Source: a bacterium | Lineage (GTDB): Bacteria; JADJOY01 | NCBI GenBank assembly: GCA_046331705.1 | Contig: JAXLQJ010000012.1 | Location: 62,001-126,000, forward strand | DNA: 64,000 nucleotides | Direction of reading: 5' to 3' | Shown here: piece after piece, positions 44,289-54,205 of the stretch | Layout: each line of letters starts with the position of its first letter | Numbering within the stretch: the first letter of the stretch is position 1 | Made by a program: the position numbers and the translations under genes | Notes under the pieces: model-generated | The model's database searches: none | Told to the model about the DNA's origin: nothing | Seen by the model: the letters and a program-made list of their open reading frames with translations, nothing else

Positions 44289-45059
44289 GTGCCGCAATTG
44301 AGGAATTTAGAATACCAGTTATCGAGGGCGCGCGGCTTCCTCGAGCGGACGGCGCGCTGGATCGCGACCGGAGCCGCCGCGATGGCGCTGAGCAGCGGTG
44401 CATACGCCGCGAGCGACGGCGCCGCCGTTCTGCACGAGCTCGGCTGTGCCGACTGCCATGCGGTCGCCGCGCCCAAGCCCGAGGAGCGAACGCTGGCGGC
44501 CTACGCCACGCGCAAGGGACCGGATCTCTTCTACGCGGGCAGCAAGTACCGACCCGAGTGGCTGCACCGCTGGCTGGCTCATCCGATTCCGATTCGTCCC
44601 GCCGGCCTACACCCCGCGGATCGAACCCGCACCGCCGCGGACGGCGATCACCTCTCCGCCGAGGCGCTGCCTGCGCATCCCGCGGTGGCGCCGAACCGCG
44701 TGGACGCGGTGGTCTCGGCGCTCGTGAGCCTGAGCTGGGGCCGCCAGCTGACGGCGGCGGCGACGCCGACGCACGCGGCCGTTCCGCGTGCGCTCGCGGA
44801 GCTCAACTTCGTGAAGTTCAAGGGCTGCGGCTCGTGCCATCGAACGTCGAGCGCGAGCCCGCCGCTCTCGGGGCCCGATCTCGTCGACGCGTTCCAGCGC
44901 CTTCGCCCCGAGTTCCTGGCCAGCGTGATCGCGACCCCGCAGGCGTGGGATCCGGTGGCGCCGATGCCGGGCTACGGCCTCGAGCCGGTCGAGGTGGCGA
45001 AGCTCGTCGAGTACCTGCGGCTCGTGAGTGAGGAAGACCATGCCTCCCAGACTCGCTGA
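44289..45059 (+). CDS. Diheme cytochrome c (NcgC-like)
   Basis: Signal peptide, CADCH and CGSCH, KGPDLFYAGSKY..EWL..WL..P..IRPAG, distal MP. Confidence 0.85.
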   Translation: MPQLRNLEYQLSRARGFLERTARWIATGAAAMALSSGAYAASDGAAVLHELGCADCHAVAAPKPEERTLAAYATRKGPDLFYAGSKYRPEWLHRWLAHPIPIRPAGLHPADRTRTAADGDHLSAEALPAHPAVAPNRVDAVVSALVSLSWGRQLTAAATPTHAAVPRALAELNFVKFKGCGSCHRTSSASPPLSGPDLVDAFQRLRPEFLASVIATPQAWDPVAPMPGYGLEPVEVAKLVEYLRLVSEEDHASQTR

Positions 45060-46569
45060 GCCGATGCGCTCGCGCCGCATCGTGGCGCTCGCCGCGGCCG
45101 TCACCGCGGGCGTCGCGCTGCTCGTGTCCACGTGCTGGGCGGGTGACGACGCCGCGTGGGCCGAGCTCGCGTACCGGACCTACTGCACCCCGTGTCATGG
45201 GCTGGCCGGCAACGGCAAGGGCATCAACGTGCCCGTGATGTCGGTACAGCCGCGCGACCACACCGACACCCGCGAGATGGGCACGCGCAGCGACCAGGAC
45301 CTCTTCAACGCGATCACCGGCGGCGGACCGGCGGTGGGCAAGTCGGCGCTCATGCCGAAGTGGCGATCGTCGTTCAGCGACGAGCAGGTGTGGGCGCTGG
45401 TGCGGCACCTGCGGAAGCTCTCGCACACCGAGGGCGGCGCCGGTGCCGCTGGACCGGCGGCGAGCCCCGGGGCGGCGTCGGTGAGCGGCGCGGACTCGGC
45501 GATCCGACCCGTCCCCGCGCCGGTGCCAGCGCCCGTGGTGGGCGGCGCTCAGGACGTGGTCGCGCCTGCACCGCCCGAGGAGCTCACGAAGCGCTACCCG
45601 AAAGGCGAGGCGCGCAAATTCGAGATCCGGCTCGAGGAGCGCGAGCTCGAGGTCGCGCCGGGCTTCAAGACCAAGGTGTGGGCCTTCGACGGTCAAGTTC
45701 CCGGCCCGCTCATCCACGTCCGTGAGGGCGACGACGTGGAGGTGCGCTTCGTCAACCTCTCGTCCATGGAGCACACGATTCACTGGCACGGGATGCACCA
45801 GCGCGGCACGTGGCAGAGCGACGGGGTTCCCAACGTCACCCAACAGCCCGTGCAGCCCGGCGGCAGCTTCGTCTACCGGTTCGTCGCCACCCGCCCCGGG
45901 ACGCTCTGGTACCACTGCCACGTCAACGTCTCCGAGCACGTGGCGCTGCGCGGCATGTGGGGACCGCTGATCGTCGATCCGCTCGAGCCCACCGAGCTCG
46001 AGAAGCAGGTGACGAAGGACGCGATCCTCATGTTCTCGGGCTTCAGCTCGTCCGTCGCCGATCGGTACGGCGTGGGCGGTGGCCCCAGCGAGGTCCGCGA
46101 CTACTACGCGATCAACGGCAAGTCGTTTCCGCTGACCCAACCGCTGCGCGTGAAGAGGGGCGACGTGCTGCGGCTCCGGCTCTTCGGCGCCGGCACGAAC
46201 GTCGCCTTTCACCTTCATGGGCACGACATGCTCGTCACCCACAAGGACGGGCTGCCGCTTCCCGCTCCCTACTGGGCGGACGTGATTCCGGTGGAAGAGG
46301 GCTCTCGCTACGACGTGATCGTGCGCATGGACAACCCGGGCATCTGGATGACCCACGATCACGTGGACGGACACGTCACCAACGCCGGCAAGGACATGGG
46401 CGGCTCGATGCTCGTCGTCGAGTACGAGGAGATCGAGAAACCCGCCTGGTACGTGTGGAAGGACAAACCCTACGACCCGAACTTCTACTTCAGCGAGAGC
46501 CTGAAAGCAGGCTACGGGCTCTTCGATCACCCGGGCTTCCGCGGCGCGGAAATCCCTGGCGCTCCCTGA
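45040..46569 (+). CDS. Fusion of monoheme cytochrome c and two-domain multicopper oxidase (NcgB-NcgA-like)
   Basis: YCTPCHG...KSALMPKW; Pro/Ala linker; HTIHWH, WYHCH..EHV..RGM, FHLHGH, THDHVDGH. Confidence 0.88.
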   Translation: MPPRLAEPMRSRRIVALAAAVTAGVALLVSTCWAGDDAAWAELAYRTYCTPCHGLAGNGKGINVPVMSVQPRDHTDTREMGTRSDQDLFNAITGGGPAVGKSALMPKWRSSFSDEQVWALVRHLRKLSHTEGGAGAAGPAASPGAASVSGADSAIRPVPAPVPAPVVGGAQDVVAPAPPEELTKRYPKGEARKFEIRLEERELEVAPGFKTKVWAFDGQVPGPLIHVREGDDVEVRFVNLSSMEHTIHWHGMHQRGTWQSDGVPNVTQQPVQPGGSFVYRFVATRPGTLWYHCHVNVSEHVALRGMWGPLIVDPLEPTELEKQVTKDAILMFSGFSSSVADRYGVGGGPSEVRDYYAINGKSFPLTQPLRVKRGDVLRLRLFGAGTNVAFHLHGHDMLVTHKDGLPLPAPYWADVIPVEEGSRYDVIVRMDNPGIWMTHDHVDGHVTNAGKDMGGSMLVVEYEEIEKPAWYVWKDKPYDPNFYFSESLKAGYGLFDHPGFRGAEIPGAP

Positions 46570-46649
46570 CGTATCGAATCGAGATCGTCGCCATGGCGCG
46601 CGTCGCGCCGCGGCGGAACCCATCGTTTCACCCGAGGAGAACACACACC

Positions 46650-47591
46650 ATGCAGCACGCGATTCGACGAGCGATCACGTTGGCCGTGCTCGCGAGCCTC
46701 GCTTCCCCGGCGCTCGCGAAGACGGTCAAGGTGGAGATGACCGTGAAGGAGCTCGAGCTCCAGGTCGACAACAAGGGCACCAAGCAAAGGATGTGGACGT
46801 ACGGCGGCACCATCCCCGGCCCGCTGGTGCGGGTGGCGCAAGGGGACGTGGTGGACTTCACGCTCACCAACGACGAGGCCAACAAGAACAGCCACTCGAT
46901 GGACTTTCACGCGGCCATCGTCGACGTCCTCGACGAGTTCGCGGAGGTGAAGCCCGGCAACTCGAAGCATTTCACGTTCGAGGCGAAGTACCCGGGCGTC
47001 TTCATCTATCACTGCGGCGCGTCGGCGATGGTCGAGCACATCTCTCGCGGCATGTACGGGGTCATCATCGTCGATCCGAAGGAAGGCTATTCGGCGGCGT
47101 TTCCCAAGCCGGATCGCGAGTACGTGCTGGTCCAGGGCGATCTCTTCCGTGAAGGCACGTCGGTCGACGACCTGCTCGACGGCAAGAACTGGGTGGGCTC
47201 GCTCATCAACGGCCGAGTCTTTCACTACGACCCGGTCCACGATCCGAACGCCAGCCAGACGCTGGCGGCCAAGCCCGGCGAGCGCGTGCGTTTCTATTTC
47301 GTGAACGCGAACGTCAACGATCCGGTCGCGCTGCACCCGATCGCCGGCATCTGGGACAAGGTTTACGACCAGGGCAACCCGCGCAACGTGACCCACGGCT
47401 CGCAGACGTTCCTGATTCCGCCAGCTTCCGGCGCGATCTTCGATCTCGTGCCTCCCGCGGAGAAGGCCACCAACAACGCGATCGTCGATCACGCGATGCG
47501 GCGCGCGCTGCGCGGTGCCATCACCGTGCTCATGACCAACAAGGACGCCGATCCGGCCCTGGGCCACGGCGATCAAGTCTTGCTCCGCTGA
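46650..47591 (+). CDS. nirK: Copper-containing nitrite reductase
   Basis: HSMDFH, YHC, EHISRGM, LHPIAG, IVDH: type 1 and type 2 Cu ligands and catalytic Asp/His; GAGGAG RBS; signal peptide. Confidence 0.92.
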   Translation: MQHAIRRAITLAVLASLASPALAKTVKVEMTVKELELQVDNKGTKQRMWTYGGTIPGPLVRVAQGDVVDFTLTNDEANKNSHSMDFHAAIVDVLDEFAEVKPGNSKHFTFEAKYPGVFIYHCGASAMVEHISRGMYGVIIVDPKEGYSAAFPKPDREYVLVQGDLFREGTSVDDLLDGKNWVGSLINGRVFHYDPVHDPNASQTLAAKPGERVRFYFVNANVNDPVALHPIAGIWDKVYDQGNPRNVTHGSQTFLIPPASGAIFDLVPPAEKATNNAIVDHAMRRALRGAITVLMTNKDADPALGHGDQVLLR

Positions 47592-47706
47592 CCCGTCGGG
47601 TAGCGCCCCGCCCGTGCCGCGCCTCCGCGCACCGCGCGTGCGCGGCGGGGCAGGGCGTGCTCCGTCTCGATCGCACGCCGATCCCACCTCCACGAGAAGC
47701 CCGTCG

Positions 47707-48840
47707 ATGCGCCCCGCTCGCGCTCTCGGCCTCACCCTCGCCGCGCTCTCGCTCGTCGCCGTCGCCACGTGGTGGATCGCGCCGGTCGCGCGTCGCGACC
47801 CGCCGCGCGCGGCGGCGACGGAGCGGCTGGCCACGTACCAATGCTCGATGCACCCGCAGGTCGTCGCCGCGGAACCCGGGTCGTGCCCGATCTGCGGCAT
47901 GACGCTCACGCGGGTCGCGCAAGACGAGAACGAGCACGTTCCGGCACCGCCCGCGCCCGGCGGCGCCGCCGCCGACGATCACGCGTCGTTCTCGCTCGCG
48001 CCCGCGCGCGAGCAGGTCATCGGCGTCCGCACGGCGACCGTCGAGTTTCGCGAGCTTCATCGCACGCTCCACACCGGCGGGAAGGTCGCCTTCGATCCCG
48101 ACCTCTACGCGGCGCTCGCCGACTACCGCGATGCGCGTGACGCTCGCGACGCGCTCACCGCCACCCAGACGGCCGAGGACCGACAACGCGCCGACGCCTT
48201 GCTGCGGAGCGCCTCGGTCCGGCTGCGGCTGCTCGGCCTGTCGATCGGCCAGCTCGAGGCGCTCGCCCGGGCGGGCTCGGATCCGACCGCGATGCTGCTT
48301 CCCGGGCAGGGCGCGTGGGTGAACGCGGATCTCCATGCGCCGCTCGTGGACCTACCGCGCCCGGGCCTGCCCGTGGTGGTGACCTCGCCGAGCGCTCCTG
48401 GCCGGGCGTTTCGCGGGCAGCTCGTCACCGTCGACACCCTCGCCACGGGTCTCGCGCGCGGCCTGCGAGTGCGCGCGCAGGTGGCGACGCCGGGTGGCGG
48501 GCTGATCGACGAGACGATCGTCCAGCTCGCGATCGAGGTGCCGCTGGGGCGCAGGCTCGCGCTACCCGAAGGCGCGCTCCTCGACACCGGGCGGCGGCGT
48601 CTGGTCTTCGTCCGTCACGCCGACGGTCGCTTCGAGCCGCGCGACGTCGTGGTCGGCCAGGAAGGCGAGGACTACGACGAGGTCCTGGCGGGGCTCGCGC
48701 CGGGCGAGCGCGTGGTGACTTCCGCCAACTTCCTGATCGATTCGGAGTCACGCTTCCGCGCTGCGCTCGCCGCCTTCGATCCGCGCGCCGACGAGCGCCC
48801 CGCCGCGGTCGACGCCGCTCGAGCCGACGCCGCGCGATGA
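47707..48840 (+). CDS. cusB: Heavy-metal RND periplasmic adaptor (CusB-like)
   Basis: YQCSMHPQ..PGSCPICGM metal-binding domain; FEPRDV, GERVVTSANFLIDSES. Confidence 0.85.
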   Translation: MRPARALGLTLAALSLVAVATWWIAPVARRDPPRAAATERLATYQCSMHPQVVAAEPGSCPICGMTLTRVAQDENEHVPAPPAPGGAAADDHASFSLAPAREQVIGVRTATVEFRELHRTLHTGGKVAFDPDLYAALADYRDARDARDALTATQTAEDRQRADALLRSASVRLRLLGLSIGQLEALARAGSDPTAMLLPGQGAWVNADLHAPLVDLPRPGLPVVVTSPSAPGRAFRGQLVTVDTLATGLARGLRVRAQVATPGGGLIDETIVQLAIEVPLGRRLALPEGALLDTGRRRLVFVRHADGRFEPRDVVVGQEGEDYDEVLAGLAPGERVVTSANFLIDSESRFRAALAAFDPRADERPAAVDAARADAAR

Positions 48841-51800
48841 TCCGGCGCCTCATCGCGCTGAGCGCGGAGCACCGCCTCTGGGTGGTGATCCTCACGGCCG
48901 CTGCGCTCGCCGGCGCGGCGTGGACGATCGGCCGGTTGCCGCTCGATGCCATCCCGGATCTCTCCGACACGCAGGTGATCGTCTACTCGCGCTGGGATCG
49001 GAGCCCGGATGTCCTGGAGGACCAGGTCACCTATCCCATCGTGAGCGCTCTGCTCGGCGCGCCGCGGGTGAAGGCGGTGCGCGGGCTCTCGGACTTCGGC
49101 TACTCGTACGTGTACGTGATCTTCGAGGACGGCACCGACCTCTACTGGGCACGAGCGCGCGTGCTCGAGTCGCTGAGCAAGATCCAGGCGCGCCTGCCCA
49201 GCGGCGTGAAGACCGAGATCGGCCCGGACGCGACGAGCGTCGGCTGGGTCTACCAGTACGCGCTGAAGGACGTGTCCGGCGAGCACGACCTGGCGCAGCT
49301 GCGCACACTTCAAGATTGGCTGCTGCGCTATGCGTTGCAGTCGGTGCCGGGCGTGGCCGAGGTCGCTTCGATCGGCGGGTTCGTGAAGCAATACCAGGTC
49401 GACGTCGATCCGGATCTGCTGCTCGCGTACGGCATCCCGCTCACCCGGCTGCTGGACGCGGTTCGCAAGGGCAACGGCGAGACCGGCGGGCGGCTGATCG
49501 AGCTGGCGGGCACCGAATACATGATTCGGGGCCGCGGGTACGCCAGCTCGACCGAGGATCTCGGCAAGATCGTCGTGGGGGTGAACGCCGCCGACCAGAA
49601 GCCGATCCTCGTGAAGCAGCTGGCCCGGGTTCACCTGGGTCCCGACCTGCGCCGCGGCGTCGCCGACCTCGACGGCCTCGGCGACACGGTCGGCGGGGTC
49701 GTGGTGATGCGCCAGGGCGAGAACGCGCTGGCGGTCATCGATCGCGTGAAGGCGACACTCGAAGCGCTCGCGCCGTCGCTGCCCGCGGGGGTCGAGGTGG
49801 TGCCGGTCTACGACCGGGGGCCGCTCATCCGGCGCTCGATCGCCACGCTGCTGCGCGCACTCGTCGAGGAGATGCTGATCGTGAGCCTGGTGATCGTCGT
49901 GTTCCTTCGCCACCTGCCGTCGGCGATCGTCCCCATCGTCACGATTCCGGTGGCGGTGGCGCTCTCGTTCGTGCCGCTTCATCTCCTCGGTGTGACGATC
50001 AACCTGACGTCGCTGGCCGGAATCGCGATCTCCATCGGCGTGCTCGTGGACGGCGCGATCGTCGAGGTGGAGAACGCCTACAAGCGCTTGCAGGAGTGGG
50101 TGGCGGGCGGACGGATCGGGGACTTCCGCGCGGTGCGCCTCGCCGCGCTCGAGGAGGTCGGGCCCTCGGTCTTCTTCTCGCTGCTGGTGATCGCGGTGGC
50201 GTTCCTGCCGGTCTTCACGCTCGTCGATCAGGAGGGCCGGCTCTTCAAGCCACTCGCGTACTCGAAGACGCTGGTGATGGCGCTGGCCGCGCTGCTGGCG
50301 GTCACGCTCGACCCCGCGCTGCGCGTGCTGTTCACGCGCATGGATCCGGTGGTGCTGCGGCCGCGCTGGCTCGGGCGGATCGCGAATGCGCTCGTGGTCG
50401 GTCGCTATCGCGCCGAGGAGACGCACCCGGTCAGCCGCGTGCTGTTCCGGGTCTACGAGCCGGTGTGCCGCTGGGTGCTGCGGCATCCGCGCGTCACGCT
50501 CGGCGGCGCGCTGGCGCTCGTCGTCTCCACGGTGCCGGTGTTCACGCGACTCGGCTCGGAGTTCATGCCGCCGCTCGACGAGGGTGCGTTGCTCTACATG
50601 CCCACGGCGCTGCCCGGCATGTCGGTCACGGAGGCGCAACGCATCCTCGGCGTCCAGGGCCGGATCCTGCGCGGATTCCCGGAGGTGAAGACCGTCTTCG
50701 GCAAGGCGGGGCGGGTGGATTCGCCCACCGATCCGGCGCCGCTCTCGATGGTCGAGACCACCATCCAGCTCGAGCCCGAGAGCCGCTGGCGGAAGAAGCA
50801 ACGCTGGTACTCCGGCGCTCCCGAGATCGTGCAACGGCCGCTGCGCTTGCTCTGGCCCGATCGCATCTCGCTCGACGAGCTGCGTGACGCGATGGATTCC
50901 GAGCTGCGCCTGCCGGGGATCCCGAACATCTGGACGATGCCGATCCGCAACCGCATCGACATGCTCTCGACGGGGATCCGCACGCCCGTGGGCATCAAGG
51001 TGCTGGGGCCGGAGTCCGCCGAGATCCAGCGCATCGGCGAGCGCCTCGAGGCGCTGCTGCGCGAGATCCCCGGCACGCGCAGCGCGGTCGCCGAGCGCAC
51101 CGCCGGTGGGTACTACCTCGATTTCGTGCTGAACCGCGACGCGCTGGCGCGCTACGGAGTCGCGATCGAGGACGCCAACGCCATCATCGCGGCGGCGATC
51201 GGCGGCGAGCCGGTCACCACCACCGTCGAGGGGCGCGAGCGTTACACCGTGAGCGTCCGCTACGCGCGGGACTTTCGCGACACCGTGCAGCACCTCGCCG
51301 CGGTGCTGGTGCCGATCGAATCCGGCGGGCAGGTGGCGCTCGGCGAGCTGGCCGAGATCCGGCGCTCGGAAGGCCCGAGCATGATCCGCGACGAGAACGG
51401 TCGGCTCGCGGGCTACGTGTTCGTGGACCTGGCGGAACGCGACGTGAGCGGCTACCTCCGCGAGGCCCGCCGACGTGTGGGCGCCGAGCTCACGCTACCC
51501 GCCGGCTACACGCTGACCTGGAGCGGCCAGTTCGAGAACATGGAGCGCGTGCGGCGGCGGCTCGCCGTCGTCGTGCCGCTCACGCTCGTCCTCATCGCGC
51601 TCTTGCTCTACGCGAACACCCGTTCCGTGGTGAAAGCCGGGATCGTGATGCTGGCGGTGCCGTTCTCGCTGATCGGAGCGGTGTGGTTGCTGTGGGCGCT
51701 CGACTACCAGCTCTCGATCGCGGTGTGGATCGGCATGATCGCGCTCATGGGCCTCGATGCCGAGACCGGCGTGTTCATGCTGCTCTACCTGGATCTTGCC

Positions 51801-52094
51801 CTCGACGAGCGGAAGCGCCACGGCCGGCTGCGCTGTCGCGGCGACCTGGACGACGCGATCGTCGAGGGCGCCGTGAAGCGCGTCCGTCCCAAGCTGATGA
51901 CGGTCCTGGCGGCGTTCCTGGGGCTCTTGCCGCTCATGTGGTCGACGGGAACCGGCGCCGACATGATGAAGCGCGTCGCCGCGCCGATGGTGGGTGGGCT
52001 CGCGACCTCGTTCGCCCTCGAGCTTCTCGTCTATCCGGTGCTCTACGCGTGGTGGAAGTCGCGCGGCCCTGACTTGCGGGCCGTTCCGGGTTAA
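48837..52094 (+). CDS. cusA: Cu/Ag RND efflux permease CusA
   Basis: DAIPDLSDTQVI, EDQVTYP, GPDATSVGWVYQY, GSEFMPPLDEG, DPAPLSMVET, RIDMLSTG, RVRPKLMT. Confidence 0.95.
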   Translation: MIRRLIALSAEHRLWVVILTAAALAGAAWTIGRLPLDAIPDLSDTQVIVYSRWDRSPDVLEDQVTYPIVSALLGAPRVKAVRGLSDFGYSYVYVIFEDGTDLYWARARVLESLSKIQARLPSGVKTEIGPDATSVGWVYQYALKDVSGEHDLAQLRTLQDWLLRYALQSVPGVAEVASIGGFVKQYQVDVDPDLLLAYGIPLTRLLDAVRKGNGETGGRLIELAGTEYMIRGRGYASSTEDLGKIVVGVNAADQKPILVKQLARVHLGPDLRRGVADLDGLGDTVGGVVVMRQGENALAVIDRVKATLEALAPSLPAGVEVVPVYDRGPLIRRSIATLLRALVEEMLIVSLVIVVFLRHLPSAIVPIVTIPVAVALSFVPLHLLGVTINLTSLAGIAISIGVLVDGAIVEVENAYKRLQEWVAGGRIGDFRAVRLAALEEVGPSVFFSLLVIAVAFLPVFTLVDQEGRLFKPLAYSKTLVMALAALLAVTLDPALRVLFTRMDPVVLRPRWLGRIANALVVGRYRAEETHPVSRVLFRVYEPVCRWVLRHPRVTLGGALALVVSTVPVFTRLGSEFMPPLDEGALLYMPTALPGMSVTEAQRILGVQGRILRGFPEVKTVFGKAGRVDSPTDPAPLSMVETTIQLEPESRWRKKQRWYSGAPEIVQRPLRLLWPDRISLDELRDAMDSELRLPGIPNIWTMPIRNRIDMLSTGIRTPVGIKVLGPESAEIQRIGERLEALLREIPGTRSAVAERTAGGYYLDFVLNRDALARYGVAIEDANAIIAAAIGGEPVTTTVEGRERYTVSVRYARDFRDTVQHLAAVLVPIESGGQVALGELAEIRRSEGPSMIRDENGRLAGYVFVDLAERDVSGYLREARRRVGAELTLPAGYTLTWSGQFENMERVRRRLAVVVPLTLVLIALLLYANTRSVVKAGIVMLAVPFSLIGAVWLLWALDYQLSIAVWIGMIALMGLDAETGVFMLLYLDLALDERKRHGRLRCRGDLDDAIVEGAVKRVRPKLMTVLAAFLGLLPLMWSTGTGADMMKRVAAPMVGGLATSFALELLVYPVLYAWWKSRGPDLRAVPG

Positions 52095-52111
52095 GCCAAC
52101 GTCGGTTGGCC

Positions 52112-53143
52112 ATGGCGGAACGGGACTCGGCTCGCACGCTCGATCCGGCGGAGCTCGCCGGCGGCGACTCCAAGCGCTGGCTCGACTACCTCTCGGCCGA
52201 CGAGATCCGTGAGCTGCGCCAGATGCACGACTGGCGCTCGTGGGCGTCGCTTGTCACGGATTGGGGGCTGATCGGCGCGGCGCTGGCGCTGGTCGCGCGC
52301 TTTCCCAACCCGCTGAGCGTGGTGCTGGCCGTCGCCGTGATCGGCACCCGTCAGCTCGGGCTGGCGATCCTGATGCACGAAGCGTCGCACCGGACGCTGT
52401 TTCGCGGTCGCGGGCTCAACGACTGGGTAGGCACGTGGCTGTGCGCGTATCCGATCTGGAGCGACCTCGCGCCCTATCGCCGCTATCACCTCCAGCATCA
52501 CGCGAAGAACTGGACCGCCGAGGACCCCGACCTCGGTCTCGCGGCACCGTTCCCCGTCACGCCGTCGAGCATGCGGCGCAAGATCGTGCGCGATCTGACG
52601 GGCCGGACCGCGCTGAAGCGCGTGGTCTACACGCTCGCCCGCCACACCGGACGCATCCCCGATCTCACGGGCGGCGCCGTTCAGCCCTCGCGCGCGAGCC
52701 TGGTGGGCGTGGCCGTGACCAATCTCGCGCTCGTTGCGTTGCTCGCTGCTGCCGGCCACCCCGCGCTCTACCTGGTCTGGGTGGCGGCTTGGCTCACGAC
52801 GCACCATCTCGTGATCCGGCTGCGCTCGATTGCCGAGCACGCGATGATCCTCGATCCCGGCGATCCGCTGCGCAACACGCGGACCACCCTCGCGAGCGGC
52901 TGGGAGCGATTGCTGCTCGCGCCCAACTACGTGAACTATCACCTGGAGCACCACCTCGTCATGACCGTGCCGCACTACCAGCTGCCGCGCATGCACCGCT
53001 TGCTTCGCGAGCGTGGCGCGCTCGATCACGCTTGCGTCGCCGAGGGATATCTCGGCGTGCTGCGCCTCGCCGCGAGCAAGCCCGAGCGGGGGTTCGCGGC
53101 GCCCGCGCCCGCGAACGAACGCGCCGGGTCCTCGCCGCGTTGA
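52112..53143 (+). CDS. Membrane fatty-acid desaturase family protein
   Basis: Three His boxes HEASH, HLQHH, HLEHH. Confidence 0.9.
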   Translation: MAERDSARTLDPAELAGGDSKRWLDYLSADEIRELRQMHDWRSWASLVTDWGLIGAALALVARFPNPLSVVLAVAVIGTRQLGLAILMHEASHRTLFRGRGLNDWVGTWLCAYPIWSDLAPYRRYHLQHHAKNWTAEDPDLGLAAPFPVTPSSMRRKIVRDLTGRTALKRVVYTLARHTGRIPDLTGGAVQPSRASLVGVAVTNLALVALLAAAGHPALYLVWVAAWLTTHHLVIRLRSIAEHAMILDPGDPLRNTRTTLASGWERLLLAPNYVNYHLEHHLVMTVPHYQLPRMHRLLRERGALDHACVAEGYLGVLRLAASKPERGFAAPAPANERAGSSPR

Positions 53144-53468
53144 ATCGGCTCGCCGGCCGCACGGCTGCTGCGGCGCCTCGGTGAGGTGCCGCTCACGGAG
53201 CGCGGCCGCGCGCGGGTCGCTCGCCCGGCGGCTGCAGAAACCGCACTCGCGGACGTGCGGAAATCAGACGAGCGCCAAGCCGGCTGTTCTCGAACGCGAC
53301 AGTCGTGCCCTGGGCGCGACCCGGGCCGATTCGTGCGCGCGCGGAAACATCGAATGAATTCGAGCCGACCGTGCGAGGTCGCCGGGGCGTGCAGTGAGCC
53401 GGTGGCTGCGGCGCAGCGTTTGCGATGACGATTCGGCGCCCCATTCGTGACGTGCGGAGGATGCCGCG

Positions 53469-54161
53469 ATGGCCGAGCTCGATCGCGCCACAACTCAGGG
53501 TCTCTGGCTTCGGGTCGAAGGGACGAGCGCTCGATCGCTGCCCCGCACGCAGGTCGCTGCGATCGTGCTCGCCGCCGTCGAGCAGATTCCCCCACCCGAG
53601 ACCAGCGAGTGGCTCGCTGCTCCCGCGGCCGCTGCTGGCCCGCTCGACACGGTCGACACACGCCGCGTGACCGCGCTCCTCGTCTACTGCTACAGCCATG
53701 GTGTCCTGTCGTCGCGGGCCATCGAGGCCGCCAGCAGCACGGACCCGGTGGTTGCGCTGCTCGCGGCTCGGCCGCGTGACCCGGGTGAGCTGCGCGCGTT
53801 TCGGCGAGCCCATCACGCCGCGCTGGGAGCGGTGTTCGTCGAGGTGTACCGGCGCTGCGCGGCGATGGGTCTCGCGAAGCTCGGCCAGGTGATGCTGATC
53901 GAGCGCGACTCGCCGCTCCGCGCCACCGGAACGCGCGGGATCGGGGGCGAGCCGCGCGAGCTTCGCGCCCTGTCGCTTGGCGTCGCGGACACCGAGCGGC
54001 TGCTGGCGGAAGCGGAGCAGGAAGATCGCGACGATGACGTGCTGCTGGGCGCGAGCCAGCGCGAGCCGTCGCTCGCCGGCGCGCTCGCAGGTCAGGCGAG
54101 CGGCGCCGCGCGGCTGCACGCGATGCTCGCTCAGCTCGACTCCCGCGCCCACGCGCGGTGA
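53469..54161 (+). CDS. IS1182-family transposase-derived protein (N-terminal domain only, no DDE)
   Basis: LLVYCYSHGVLSSRAIE...FRRAH..AL..VFVEV...C..MGL; the expected IDGT motif is replaced by IERDS; only 230 aa; no terminal inverted repeats seen. Confidence 0.65.
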   Translation: MAELDRATTQGLWLRVEGTSARSLPRTQVAAIVLAAVEQIPPPETSEWLAAPAAAAGPLDTVDTRRVTALLVYCYSHGVLSSRAIEAASSTDPVVALLAARPRDPGELRAFRRAHHAALGAVFVEVYRRCAAMGLAKLGQVMLIERDSPLRATGTRGIGGEPRELRALSLGVADTERLLAEAEQEDRDDDVLLGASQREPSLAGALAGQASGAARLHAMLAQLDSRAHAR

Positions 54162-54205
54162 CGCCGCGTCCGCCCAATCGCGAGCGGTCCTGCGGAGACG
54201 GCTCG

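Noticed and set aside
53143-54205. Active insertion sequence
   Set aside because: No DDE domain, terminal inverted repeats or target duplication visible
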